This document shows, one piece after another, positions 26,786-39,968 of a DNA stretch of 64,000 nucleotides (positions within the stretch are counted from its first letter, which is position 1; every line of letters begins with the position of its first letter). The notes under the pieces were generated by a model that worked only from the letters and a program-made list of their open reading frames with translations, was not told the origin of the DNA and did no database searches. This DNA comes from Chrysomallon squamiferum (taxonomy: Eukaryota > Animalia > Mollusca). The stretch covers positions 12,834,001-12,898,000 of the forward strand of contig CM022672.1 of assembly GCA_012295275.1 (NCBI GenBank). The letters run 5' to 3'. The translations under genes and the position numbers were made by a program.

Positions 26786-29700
26786 ATGGAACTTCAGAAA
26801 CTAGCAATGGTTGAAGTGAAAACTAAAGATCCGTTTTCGTTTCCGATACAGGTAACACGCCACTAATTTAAATTATGTTTGTTTTATTTTAAATTATTAT
26901 TTTTTTAAAATTAATTAGTTATTGTTATTGTTATTGTTATTGTTATTGTTATTATTAATATTATTATTATTATTATTTAAACATTTTTATTTATTATTAT
27001 TTATGTATTTATTTTATTATTTTTTGTTGATGTTTGTTTCATGACTGTTTCAAAATTTGATAATCAGGACGGACACACACACACACACACACACACTTAT
27101 AATAAACGATAACAAAATTCAAAACAAAAACTAACTTATTTACTCATCCTTAGAAATGTCCTCTTCCTCCAAATAATTATAATTTTTTTAAATATAATGT
27201 GTAAAAATTATCAAACAGTGTTTTCAATTTTCCAACTGAAATGGAACAAAATACAACAAAAATAAATTCAGTTTAGACATTTTAAATACATTGATGTTTT
27301 AAATATATATGTAGTTTTATTTGAATAAAGATTTAGCAGCAAATTTAATGTTTTACTGTGCCTTGAAAAATTACAGGAGTCATCTATACCTTGTTTTACT
27401 GTAAATATCATGGCCATACCAGTTTTTATAAGATTAAGGCTAGCATTCCTTTGATCAAGAAAAAACAAACAATATAGAATTTGTATTATCTTCATGCAGC
27501 TATGTATATAATGTAATAATATACAGTAATAAGTTAAAATTGCTGTTTTGTTAATTTCCTTTCCCAGTCCTTGCCTCTAACTCGTGGTAAAGATGCAGAA
27601 TGTCTGGTTATAATTATAACTGTATCTTAAAAAACAAGGACAGCGACAAAACCCCCCAATAATAAACAGTTTCATTTTGGAACTGGAAAAGCTGAAAAGT
27701 TATTACTTGGATAAATGAAGAGATACACAAATTATCAACAACAACAAAAAATAATAATAATAAAGAAAAATGAAAGAAAGTTATTCTTTATCTGAATGTC
27801 AAAACAGTTGAAAGATTTTATTATATAAAGTTCTAAGATTCATAAAAAGAAAATATTCTTCTTCTAGGAAAATGGAGTCTTGCTCAAGAAAACATGCAGT
27901 TATAGCATCTAAAATTTTATTTGCTTATCGTCCTATTTTAAAAAAGAAAAATACAGATCATCTTTCATTTTTAAATTATCTTTTTTGTAGATGAAATCAT
28001 ACATTTTAATGTTTATTATTTTCAGTGTATCTTAATTACATATTATCATTAAAGTAAATAATGATGACTTTTAAATTTGTATTATTTTTATTTCTAATGA
28101 AGTTTCAGGGTTCTTGTCAGTTTTGTTGATTGGTGTGTTTTGAAATTATTTTATATTTATTTTACATGAAACTTGTAATTTATTTCTGTTGTTTTAGGTT
28201 CGCGTTGCACTTGATGAGAATGTAATACCTGCTGATATGCTGCTGGCCAAAATATGCCAAAGATGTGGTAAGCAGAATAACTTTAGATTAAATAAATTGC
28301 CTGCATAGTTATAAAATATAAACTCTGTTTTTAAATATTGTCGTTTGTTTAACAATATATTTAACAGAATCAGAATGTTTGTGTAAAAATAGTGGATATT
28401 AAAAAATGATTTAAGTATTATAAGCAAAATATTTTCATTATCAACTAAATTTTCTTATATTTAGCAATATGAAGTGTTAATTATTTTCTGAATTAAGCTT
28501 TTGTTTCTTATTATATTTTCTTGTGAAAGCAACAGTATAAAAGTGACATGTTTACAAATTATAGTTACGTGAAAAACATTTTATTATTTTTTCCATAACA
28601 TTTTTCAGACAGTTTTCTTTTTATATTTTAGGTCTCAAGGAATCCAGTTATAAATATTTTTCTTTGTGTAAGGGTGATGTCCAACCAGTACACAAATATA
28701 AACCATCAGATAAAATTCATGTTCCTGCTGCTGGTAAATGTTTATTGTTCACGTCCAAATTCTAATTAAACACATATATGATTTAATATAATATATACTG
28801 TAGAAAGAAAGAAAAAATGTTTTGTTCAGTGTATCGTCAGCATTTTTTAAATCTATAGTTATATCTTAGGATGTATATGGTAATTGGTCATATGAATAAT
28901 AAGAGAGGAAACCTGATTCTACAGAAAAGCACACAACATGACTTGATATACCAGTATTATTGACCCAGAAATCCAGGTGCCTGTGTATATCTTTGTCCTG
29001 ACTTCTGTTCCTTGAACTACAGTCTACTACCAGTGTATTTGAAAAGAAGTGTCAAGGACTTGTTCTGTGTTATTTTTTTATATTTTTTTTATTATAAACA
29101 ATGATTGATGCACACTAAAAAGCACATTCATATAAAAGTATAATATATATCTAGGTTATTTGTTCATTAATCAAAATAGTTTTCAGTTTCATTTGCGTTT
29201 GTTATGTTCAGTTACTAATTTATTAATGGGCTTTTGTTTTAATTTAAAAACAATATTGTTTTTTTTTATTTACAACCAGATTTATTTTTGGAAAAATGGT
29301 GTTTGAATCCCCGCAAAGAAAAGAAACTCATAGCTTCTGATCCTAAAGTGATTCATTTGTTATTTATACAAGCCAAACATGATGTGGAATCGGGTAGGGA
29401 AAAGATTTGGATTGAAATTACAGATACATTTAAATATGACTGTATATCTAATTTAATATGGTTTTTGTTATAAAATGTGTTCTGCAATAATAATGTACAC
29501 GTATTAAATGAATTAATTTATATGACATACTCTCTATATTGTGCTGTGTTATTACATAGTTTAATTTATTTGATGTAGGTTTAGATTAGCACATAAGTTT
29601 TAACCATGAGTGAACATTGTTTTTACATTAAAAATAAAAGGTTTATGTTCCAAGAAATGTGATTGTGAATTTACTTTTTAGACATCACCAAATAACCCAT

Positions 29701-30236
29701 TCCACCAAACAATAAAATAGGCTTTTAAATAGTTTTGATAAAGTTAATATTCTGGTTTTATTTTTGAAATCAAATATCCGTAATTTTATTATGCAGTGAA
29801 ATCTGTTAATTGGAACTTAGTAAATGATTGTTAATTTATGACATTTATAGCTCTGTGAATTATGTCCCTTATACTTGCTGATAAACTGAAGGCTTTCTTT
29901 AACATACATGAAAACCATTATCAAGAAATGGTAATCTAATTTAAATATAGTAATTAAACATCTTTTTTCTCTCTCTTACATATATCTTGTTTTAAAAAGA
30001 AAAAAGATTTTTAATCACTGCACTAAAATTTGAAGAAAAAAAAAGTACAAAAATAAATTTAACAGTTAATTTAGTTGTTTTGTAGGACAAATAAATTTTA
30101 TTGTTTTAAGATTTTATTTTGATTATATTTTTTCGTTTCTGATAGGTAAATTGCTAACAACACCAGCAGAGAAAATCAAGTTGGATGGTAAGTAGTAATA
30201 TTAAATATTGTATGGGGAAAAAAAAGATGAATATGG

Positions 30237-30285
<49 letters not shown>

Positions 30286-33200
30286 GTTGTTGTAATTTCC
30301 CTTTGATAAACCAGACAAAATACCAGTGATCAATATATGTTAATTAGTTATATTTCACATATATATTATTTTCTGTTTTATTTTGCAGTGCATATTTAGA
30401 TTCAGAAAAAGAAATAAAGGAAAGAAATTGTCATAAATTAAAGAGTATGTCAAAATCATATTTAAAAAAAAAAAAAAAGTTTGTGTACATAGTTAGCCTT
30501 GTCAGACTTTCCAGGGTAAACAAATTCTTTCTTCATCACTATGACTCAGGTATAAAACTCATATTTAACACTTCCATTGTTTTCTCATCATCTTCCTGTA
30601 TCACAGTTATCAACAAGCTAATTCCTACCTAAGCTGTTTCACTGTCAAAGCATCATACATTTGATTTCAGACTGCCTGGATCCAGAATTCCTCATTGAAG
30701 AACAGTATGTCCTCCTGTGTCAGAAACTTCCAGACTATTACACTATTCTTGTTCAAGGATGTACTTTGTGTGACAACATCAAGCTGAAATCCTATTTGGT
30801 AAAAATATCCCTGATTTAAATACACAACCTTTTATTGATACGTTTGTAGTCACCTGCATATATATATATATATATATGTTGTTTTTGAAGACACTAATTT
30901 CATATATTCATTAGAAATAGTGTTCATTATTTTATAGTGTAGTATTTTAATTAACTGCATGTTTGTGAAAATAATGTCTGTACAGTGTCATCAAAGTTTA
31001 ATATCTGTAATTAAGTTTGAACTACTTATTTATAGTATAGACTTTATTTAACTCCATAGCTACTTGACACATGTTTAATATTGAATAACATAAATATAAT
31101 ATTGTTTTTCACTATCATTATTCATCTTGAAAATAGCTGATTATTTGTCTGTTTATGTGGTACAAAAGCTTTAGCAGTTGTATTTATTTGTAATGCACTA
31201 CTTTGTTGTATTAAGTAGCAGCTTTAGTGAATGTTTCAGTGCTATATCCCTCAGGCCAAATGTTTAAAATAAAGTTGTTTGCTGTAACATACAAGTGGAA
31301 ATTTTATTCTGTACCAGCCATTCTCTTAAAAAAATAAATAAATATATATATATATATATATATAAAAAAAAAAAATGTATTCAAAATCCTTAAAACTACC
31401 CTTTTATACAGCATTTAATTATATGTTTTATTTTAGATTCAGCAAACTAATGTTTTCTGAATGTTGGCCTAACAAAATAATATTGTAAGTGTCTGTTATT
31501 CTGTTATTTGTTGTAAATGATTTATTTTACAGTTTGAGAGAAATGGTAAAGTGAATATTTTTGTGTCTCTCTATGGCATGAAAATTGTTTCAGGTATTTT
31601 ACATTTTGGAGTGTGTTGCATGATTTTAACATTATTAACAGAAAATGCTAACTTTTTAAATTATTTTATTTAATATAAAAATAATAATACAAAAAAAATA
31701 ACCCAACAAAAAACAAACACTTAAACTATATTAATTAACTTTCTATCAGTATCTGCTGGATATAAAAAATTTGCTAAATTTGACATATTAATCAAGAAGT
31801 GATCTTCCTATTAAGCACTTAGTTAAATATATTTCAGTGAACCGCTATCCAGCTCTGATTACCACAGTAAATAGGTTATTGGGGTTCCCTGTCTCATCTC
31901 ACTTAACTACTGTATTACAGTCCACTTTTGCAGAATTTAAAAAAAAAAAAAAAAAAAAATGACATCTTTTTTCTTTTTAAATTTGTTTATTATAATATTA
32001 AATACTTATAATATTCTTTCAATTCCCACAAAGTATTTATAATCATCAACCATGTTAACTAATATCTTTTTAGTTAAGCACAGTGCACCAACTTAAACGT
32101 CTTGCAGTAAAATTAAATAATTGTTCATTAACCAGTAGTGATTTAAATATCAGTAAAATTCAAGTTCTTCAGGATTTTGTTCTTTTAATTGCAATTAATT
32201 AACTGAATTTATATTTTTTACTGTGCATCTCTTTTAGCTTTCCTTGTATGTATTCACTATTTCTGCTTGCTACATGTGTTTGGCTTCATTAGTCAGAACC
32301 ATAAACTTATTGTATTTCGGCATGCATGTTTATTGTATTTACTGTATTCTTTAACATTTATGTGCCAAAATAAAAACTGTTAAAAATCATTTTTTCTTTG
32401 TCTTTCTTAAAACTGGACCTTTGACAAGCAGTGAAATGTGTAATTATGTTACAGAAATAGGTAAGCCAAAATAAAAACGATAATTCACAAGTTTGACAAG
32501 TGATTGCTGTTTACATTACAGAGAGTGCAGACTATGTGATTCTGTCTTGGTACGAAGTCATCAAGTGGCAGTATGACAGCAGGAACAGGACAGTCTCCTA
32601 CATTATACAGACTGAGGGTGATTATGGGGAGTCCAAACTGTGTGTGAAGACCTCACAGGCCGAGTATTTACTGGCAGCCACTCTTGAAGGTGTTAAGGAA
32701 CTGCTGGTGTGCTTTTTGTTACCTAATATTTATTTAAAATGTATACATTTGTGTATAGGTATAGGTATAGGTATAGGTACATGTGTATGCTTTATGTATA
32801 TGTACATATGTATGTGTATACATATATACCATTATACACATATGCACATACATATGTACATGTACATAAAGCTTACCCATGTACATATATCTATACCTAT
32901 AAATACATATATATATATATAAATTATGTTGTGCAACAAAGTCATGCTTATTTTTCACTAAAACATGACACACATTACAAATTCTGAAATTTAAAAAAAA
33001 AAAAAATCATAACAATAGAGAACTGCATCAATGTATACTTCATTATTGTTCATCCAACTTTTCGTGATTTAAATAAATGCGAAAACTTTATTTATTTATT
33101 TATTTATTTATTTATTTGTTTGTTTGTTTGTTTGTTTAAACAGATTTCATTTTATATTTTTCAAAAATGTTTAGGCTGAAGATGAGAATGCTGAGCCATT

Positions 33201-33306
33201 CCATTCATCAATGATAACTCAGACCCCAGATGGCGTCACTCAGTGGCAAAACAGTTTATTCTGTCCTTCCCGAGCAAAGTGCTTCAAAAACAAGATTTGG
33301 ATCTGA
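26786..33306 (+). CDS. Stand-alone SNX17/SNX27/SNX31-type atypical FERM-domain protein, 299 aa, no PX or PDZ domain
   Basis: Exons 26786-26851, 28198-28267, 28632-28733, 29280-29393, 30146-30187, 30671-30798, 31533-31593, 32522-32706, 33175-33306 (900 nt, all phases join). F1/RA-like: LLAKICQRCGLKESSYKYFSL...LFLEKWC. F2-like: DPKVIHLLFIQAKHDVESGKL...QYVLLCQKLPDYYTI. F3/PTB-like: LSWYEVIKWQYD...VKTSQAEYLLAATLEGVKELL. These match SNX27/17 FERM patterns as I remember them. Confidence 0.8.
28825..28915 (-). mobile_element. Degenerate SINE 3' fragment (same family as 35700-35845)
   Basis: ATATGGTAATTGGTCATATGAATAATAAGAGAGGAAACC resembles, in reverse, the GTTCTCTCTCGTTATT...GACCATAT segment at ~35760-35795. 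Confidence 0.4.
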
Positions 33307-34435
33307 ATTCAAATACAGTATTACCATGGCGATTTTGTGTCTCACTGTGTACATGGTTCACACAGAATATTTATTGCCTAGGACAAGGGTGGTAACCCTA
33401 CTAAATATTAACTTAACTGTAGGAAATTAACCGACTAGTCTTTAAAAACAACCACTGCTTTTCTGTGATTTTTTAAACCCCTGATACATTAAACTGTATG
33501 AAGTATTGATTTAATAATAATATTAATTATTATTATTATTATTATTATTATAAAATAATACTGATAATAATAATCACATACTGATACAAATTTTAGAGGC
33601 ATTCATGATTGAGATAGTTTTCGAAAATATAGACACATTCTTGTCCTTGCCTTGTTCAAGATAAATGTTGATGATAAAGGAAAAATATATTGGGAAGTCC
33701 ATGTTTAAATCTTAATTCTATAAGTTTCCAGCAACAGTCATGTTCTGTGTCGAGGATTTCCAGAAATCCACACTAATTTATAATTACGTATTTAATTTTT
33801 ACATGAGATTTAGAGAGAGAAAATTAGCAAGGATTTAAATTACTGAGACTTTTGTTTCCATCATCTGAGTACAGATTTTCAGTAATAAGCATACGTGTCA
33901 TAAAATTTAACAAATACAATTTTGTGTTCATAATAAAACACACATACCTCTTTGGGTTTGGAGTAAAACAGCACTTGTTTCATGGAAGATAAGTCTAATT
34001 ATAATTCATTTGTTTAATATATTTTATAATTGTTTTTCTGTTTCAATGTTATCTTGTAGTTTCACATTATATGTTTGTTTTGTTTTTGTTTTGTTTTGTT
34101 TTGATTGATTGATTTTTTTTTTTTTTTTTTTTTTAAATTGTGTTTGTGATATGTTTTTATCTCACAATCTTTTGTATTATATTTATATGTATTTAGTTGT
34201 AATAATTCAGCCATTACATTTGAAGATCAATTTTATTATTAAAGTATGTTCCCTCTCTATCTTAAATTGCACTGATTTTAATTTGTTACTGCTTTCAGTA
34301 GTAAATTCTTTTTTATGCACTCACTTGATTATGCAACAAATCAAAACTGTTACATATATTTATGTATCTTTGAAGAACAAACAACTATATACATTTATAT
34401 CAGAAAGTTCATTTAAACCAAAATATGTGTTTATT

Positions 34436-34529
<94 letters not shown>

Positions 34530-34944
34530 TTATTACTACCAATATTTTTTTGTTGAACGTTCTGGCTAAAACAAAGATATTCCAGTAACAGTTATTCATT
34601 TGTTATATTCTGAAATAATGTCTTGAGTATTTATTTTTAATCAAATTTAATTAATAGGGGCATCAGTGGGTTTTGTGCTTTATTTATAATTGATTTTTTT
34701 AATTTGTTTTCTTTATAACTGATATTTCTCAGGTTCAAACTTAACATAAGTATTATAAATGTTACTACTTATTATTATTACTAATTTATAAGATAGTATT
34801 ACAGTTATTACAGTGGTGTTGGGTTATTTTGTTATTGTTAATTTACTTACTTGTTGTAATTGTTAAACCAGACAAAATACCAGTGATCAATATATGTTAA
34901 TTAGTTATATTTCACACATATATGTAGCAGACATGTTATCATTA

Positions 34945-35150
34945 TACATTAATTAAAATGGATCCAGCCGTTACATCCTGTATTTAAACATTAAACAGAT
35001 TTTGTCTTTGTATCTTGAATTTGAAAAATTAGTTTACATGGGTTCAGCCATTATCCTGAATTTGAAACATTAATTTAAATGGAATTGGCCTTTATAAGCA
35101 GGATTTCAACATTAATTTAAGTGGATTCAGCTTTTATATCCTGTATTTTA
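34945..35150. repeat. Degenerate ~41-bp tandem repeat (CATTAATTTAAATGGATTCAGCC..TATCCTGAATTTGAAA)
   Basis: About five diverged units are visible. Confidence 0.7.
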
Positions 35151-35699
35151 AACTAAAGTGTCAATTTTAGTTTCTGTATGGTCTATGCACAGACGAATGT
35201 AAATTTTTTAAAATAATACATTTGTTTTGTTACATATTGGTGATGCTGCATTTTGTTTGTGCATTTTGTTTTATTTTTTGATTTATTTAATACTTGTTCA
35301 CAAGATATTTGTGATGAACAGAAAACACCTCGTCTTGTAAGAAATCCTGTTTTGGTGGAAATAGCTTTATTAAATTTTATTTTAATTACAACAGTTGTGT
35401 TATTTTTATTTCATAGTTATGTATGTATCAATATATACAGTGCGAATTTGTGAACAATAGTACCAGATAATCAGCTTAATTAACACACACACACATGAAT
35501 ACAAAAATTCAGTGTTAGACACTCAGATAAAAGTGAATTCATGCGAGTCTACTATTTTGAAATGCAACCATTGAAGTTTAGCAGTATCTCTTCCCAAGGA
35601 ACAAACAGATAACTGTTTTAGTTATCTATGTTAGTATGTTGAAAGGTTTGATAGACGAAAATATACTGTAGTCCTCAGCACCTAACCGTTATTTGGTCG

Positions 35700-35875
35700 A
35701 TATAAAATATTCCTTATTTCTAATCGAAAGAGTAGACGATTGTTTGATGGTAGTGAGTGTTCTCTCTCGTTATTTTTTTTATGAGACGACCATATAAACG
35801 TCAAGTATCCGTAGATAAAAAATGCGTTATGTACGTTCGTAAATATATATAATAAAATAAAATAAAATAAAAATA
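35700..35875 (+). mobile_element. Degenerate tRNA-derived (Nin-domain-like) SINE, 3' half with (AAAAT)n tail
   Basis: ATATAAAATATTCCTTATTTCTAATCGAAAGAGTAG...TTCTCTCTC...ACCATAT...CCGTAGATAAAAAATGCGTT resembles a gastropod SINE consensus I recall. Needs a repeat-library search. Confidence 0.45.
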
Positions 35876-36650
35876 AAAAGTTTTTCCTTACTACTGCTAC
35901 TGTTGCTGTGTTACGCTTGCGAAAACAGATATTGTTATGAGTCATATATTCCAGTTATTTTTGTTAGTGTTAAAACGTAACATGGGATTTAAAATAAAAT
36001 AAACAAAATATAGTATAGTATTAATTGCATATTTCATGTAAATATATATCCAAAATTCAATAAAAAAAATGTTGAACAATTTAAAAAAAATATATCAATT
36101 TCAAGGGAAAGAAGGACATTTATTTATTATTTTTTGTTTTTAACGAGACATTTAAATTTAAATGAAACAGTAACGACAACAACAAAAAAAACAATAACAA
36201 CATTAGAGGCAATAATAAAAATAATAATAATAATAAATTCTGTAGTTATGCAACCACAAATTAACGAATTGATCCACTTAATAAATAAACGCAGTGTTTT
36301 GTTTTATGTTCAATTTAAAACAATAATTTGGAAAAACCATATGCGCCATGTGTGCAGCGAAAACTGAATTATCTTGTGCTTGCTATTAGTAAACTGGTTT
36401 ACAGCTAATAACCATTCAATCAGTCTAAAGATTAGTTCATCATTTGTACGCTACGCTGTATTTGCAAAGAACAGTTATAAACTTTTATTTAAAATGACAC
36501 ACTGACCACATTTTTAATCTATGATTTCATATAATGTTGACAAGAACTGTAATTTTTTTATTGATAATAAAAGGAGTGGAGAAAAAAAAATGTTGCTTAT
36601 TTTATATACACACCTACCCCTAAACAGGAAAGCATATAATAATAATAATG

Positions 36651-36691
<41 letters not shown>

Positions 36692-37574
36692 TATTATTAT
36701 TATTATTTTTTTTTTTTATAGTAGTAGTAATAATAATAACAATAATAGTGTTAGTAATGTTGTTTATGACTTCTGAAGGACACTGGCTCGAATTGGAAAT
36801 AAACTGTCTGGAGAACTAAAGAAAATGGATCATATAATCTATCACGTGTCTGACTGCACTCTAACCACAGAGGTATAACACTCATAGGCATATGTTTCAA
36901 GTAAAATAAAAAAATAAAAAAGAACAACAACAAAGAAAACATTATTTATTATCAGTTTCATCTTTTCAGTCAATCGTTTTGGTTAGTGTTCAGAACAAAA
37001 AAAAAAAGAAAGAAAAAAAAAAAAAAAAAAATAAAAACATCTGTCATTAAAAGTTTACACAAATGCTTGAATTACATCACTAATATTAACGACAGCATCA
37101 ACGTTTGATGATGTGCTAACCTCTTTGAGTTAGCACCAAAAATGATGATGCTTGAAAAGTTGGCGGAGATCGCGCGTACCGCGTGCTACTAAGAGAAGTA
37201 AACTGTGATGTATATCAGAGTTTATCTTGATGAACTGGCCGAAGACTCAACGATGATCTATGGAGTGCAGCTATGTTCTGGAAGTAATAATAATAAATAA
37301 AATTAGTGTTATACCACTTGAACACATATTTCAACAAACAACGAAACAACAGCAACAACAGCATGTGTGTGTGTGTGTGTCCAATCGTCTGTGTGTGTGT
37401 GCGTGTGTGTGTGAACAACGTACACAAAAAGAGCCCCAAATTCTATTACTACTACTTCTACTGCCTTTCCTATTATTACTAACAAAAACAACAACATTAA
37501 TAATAATCTGAGTTTGTGACCGTTTTCCTAACAGTTTTGAAACTTTTTACATTATTGATTCTATCCTCCAAACT

Positions 37575-37611
<37 letters not shown>

Positions 37612-37849
37612 CATAAATATATTTTATTTATTTATTTACGTAACATTTAACAAGGCACTCATCTACCGTATATATGAAGGTAAAGGATATTATATAAAAA
37701 TTATAATTTTGTTTTCAGTAAGATTTTATTGTTAGCATAATGTTAGTAAAAAGTTAAAAGTATCAAGGTGATATATTTATTTCGATGGTAAAAATAATTT
37801 AAATGAATTGAAACACGCATTTACCATATTAACCCCTATAAGTTAGAGA

Positions 37850-38101
37850 AGGAAAATGGCCGGTGCGCGTTGCCGATTGGGATAGCTGGCACGAACTGAT
37901 GACATGAGTGGAAACTATAGCAATCGTTCAACCACCGTTATTCTGGTCAGCCTGTAGATAAATTGTTATTTGCTAAAGAGAGGCAAAAACTTCATTTTGT
38001 TTTTGTTTTTTTGCACCGGTTAGATGCAAGAAATGTAGGCGCAGTATAAAGAATGCATTCTCTGACATGTCATATTTCAAGTGAGATCTTAAAAATTATC
38101 G
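37850..38101 (+). promoter_or_regulatory. Candidate promoter and non-coding first exon of an unidentified downstream gene
   Basis: YY1-like AAAATGGCCG (37853-37862), reverse CCAAT (37876-37880), CpG-rich sequence and a donor G|GTATGT at 38102. Confidence 0.4.
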
Positions 38102-38249
38102 GTATGTTTGCTCTACAGCGAAATAAATAATTACATTACGATAAATGAAGTTACCACAAAAAGCAGAGTAAACAGTTTAATTCTGTTTTCATCTGGTCTT
38201 TTATGTGACTGTTTATCGATGATGTGTCAGTTTCTATCTTTCATTTTTA

Positions 38250-38298
<49 letters not shown>

Positions 38299-38630
38299 TT
38301 ATTGTGTTTGTTGATGATAATGATATTATTGTTATTATAAATAATACTACTATTTTTAATGTTATTTTCATTATTATTGTTGTTGCTGTTGTTAATTATT
38401 TCTCAGTTTTATTTCATTAAAATAGTATATATATATATATATTATTATTATTATTATTATCAGATTTATTATTATTATTATTATTATTATCAGATTTCTT
38501 TCGATTTCTGAGTGATTGTTATTGCACTTAACAAATTATCTTCACCCGTGAAACAACAACCTTTTCGCTTGGGTATACTTATTTTTGACTTGCTTCCTAG
38601 CAACAGTTCATAAAAATATTTAGAGAGATA

Positions 38631-38673
<43 letters not shown>

Positions 38674-38706
38674 AATAAGGAAAAAGACAATATATATATT
38701 CAGATA

Positions 38707-38747
38707 ATGGCCCGACTTCAAAGACAATTTGGCGTAGCATCAAATCG
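38707..38747 (+). CDS. Candidate first coding exon (MARLQRQFGVASN-R, phase 2) of an unidentified gene
   Basis: Acceptor TTCAG at 38703, ATG in good context (ATAATGG) and a perfect donor CG|GTAAGT. No partner exon was identified in the window. Confidence 0.4.
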
Positions 38748-39174
38748 GTAAGTAAAAAAATTTTTCTTGGAAGATAAAGAAAAAAAAAATAATAATAAAA
38801 AAATGCTTACGTATTAAGTCGAATTCCACTATAATTGAAGAACTTATTATTTCATTTCTTTTCTACAGTAAACACCAGCGTTAAAATTACTTATCGGCTC
38901 TATACATAAAATCGTAGACTGGAAAGCATAAAAATGGAACCGAGAAACGTTTCTGCTCGTAAGTTTGGAGCATGTAACGCGACGCCTTATTAGAAATATC
39001 CGAAATATCCGTTCGTTTCGAATTGTTTGCCAGTGTTTAATAATTAATCTATGAATACGTATATAGAAAAAATACTGAATGTATACATAATTTTTAAACA
39101 ATTAATTGTTGATATTAATTAACAAAGGTGTGTTTGTTCGGTCTTTCAGTCTAAAATAATGTTCGTTTGTTGAA

Positions 39175-39307
39175 TGGAAGCGTCACGTGATTTGTATCAT
39201 GTGCCTGTTGAGCTTGGCGGTTTGCAAACTGGAGAGAGTGTGTGTGATTTTCGCGAAGATGCTCTGGCGTAACAAAGACAGCGGTGGAATAACTTGCTCT
39301 TCCTAAG
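39175..39307 (+). promoter_or_regulatory. Candidate promoter (GTCACGTGA E-box, CLEAR/USF type, 39182-39190) and first exon ending AAG|GTAAGC
   Basis: Strong donor at 39308 at the start of a CpG-dense 39-41.5 kb region. A short uORF lies at 39259-39306. Confidence 0.5.
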
Positions 39308-39934
39308 GTAAGCACCACTTTGTTTTCTTGACTGTTATTCCCGTGTGAAAACGTAGACGAGACTTAAAAAATTTCTGACACTGTCTGACGTCTGCTTGCC
39401 TAACATCATCGCACGTTTCTGCCATAAGCAAAATCGTTATTTTTAAAACTGCATATGGAGAGTCGATATGTCTTGAGCGAATACCTGTGTTGTTAATTAT
39501 TTATCCATTAAACCGTTAGAAATTATTACTATTCATTTTTTTTTTTTTCTTCACATTAATATCCGAAAAACTTACATCGGTAATTCGCCAAACGAAACGG
39601 TATAACCTTATCAAATTTGTATTCTATCACTAAAAGGGGGAAAAAATTACCTCGCGTTATAACTTGCAGTACAAGCATTAGCACCTTTACCATTATTACC
39701 TAGAGAGAGAGAGAGGGATGGTATTCTGGTATCGTCTGTCAGATGGGCTATTTTAAGCGTGTTTCTGGGGCGAGCATTCCTATCGCAGTGGCAGAGAAAG
39801 ACAAGTTTCCATGTTACAAGTTAACACTGAAGGGCATTTTTGTCTGTTAGCGAATGCAGATATTATATTCTGTAACCAACCGAAACCGGACGAGGGTTCC
39901 GATGTGTGTATGCTGTGTATGCGTGGTTGTAATA

Positions 39935-39968
<34 letters not shown>

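Noticed and set aside
31437-31484. Extra exon in the FERM gene (AG...GTAAGT)
   Set aside because: It has an in-frame TGA and would leave only a 48-nt intron. The model joins cleanly without it.
33230-33430. ORF MASLSGKTV...
   Set aside because: It is an alternative frame of the last FERM exon and its 3'UTR.
37096-37150. Two small adjacent hairpins with TGATGA (C box-like)
   Set aside because: No suitably placed D box, and the stems are too short to call an ncRNA.
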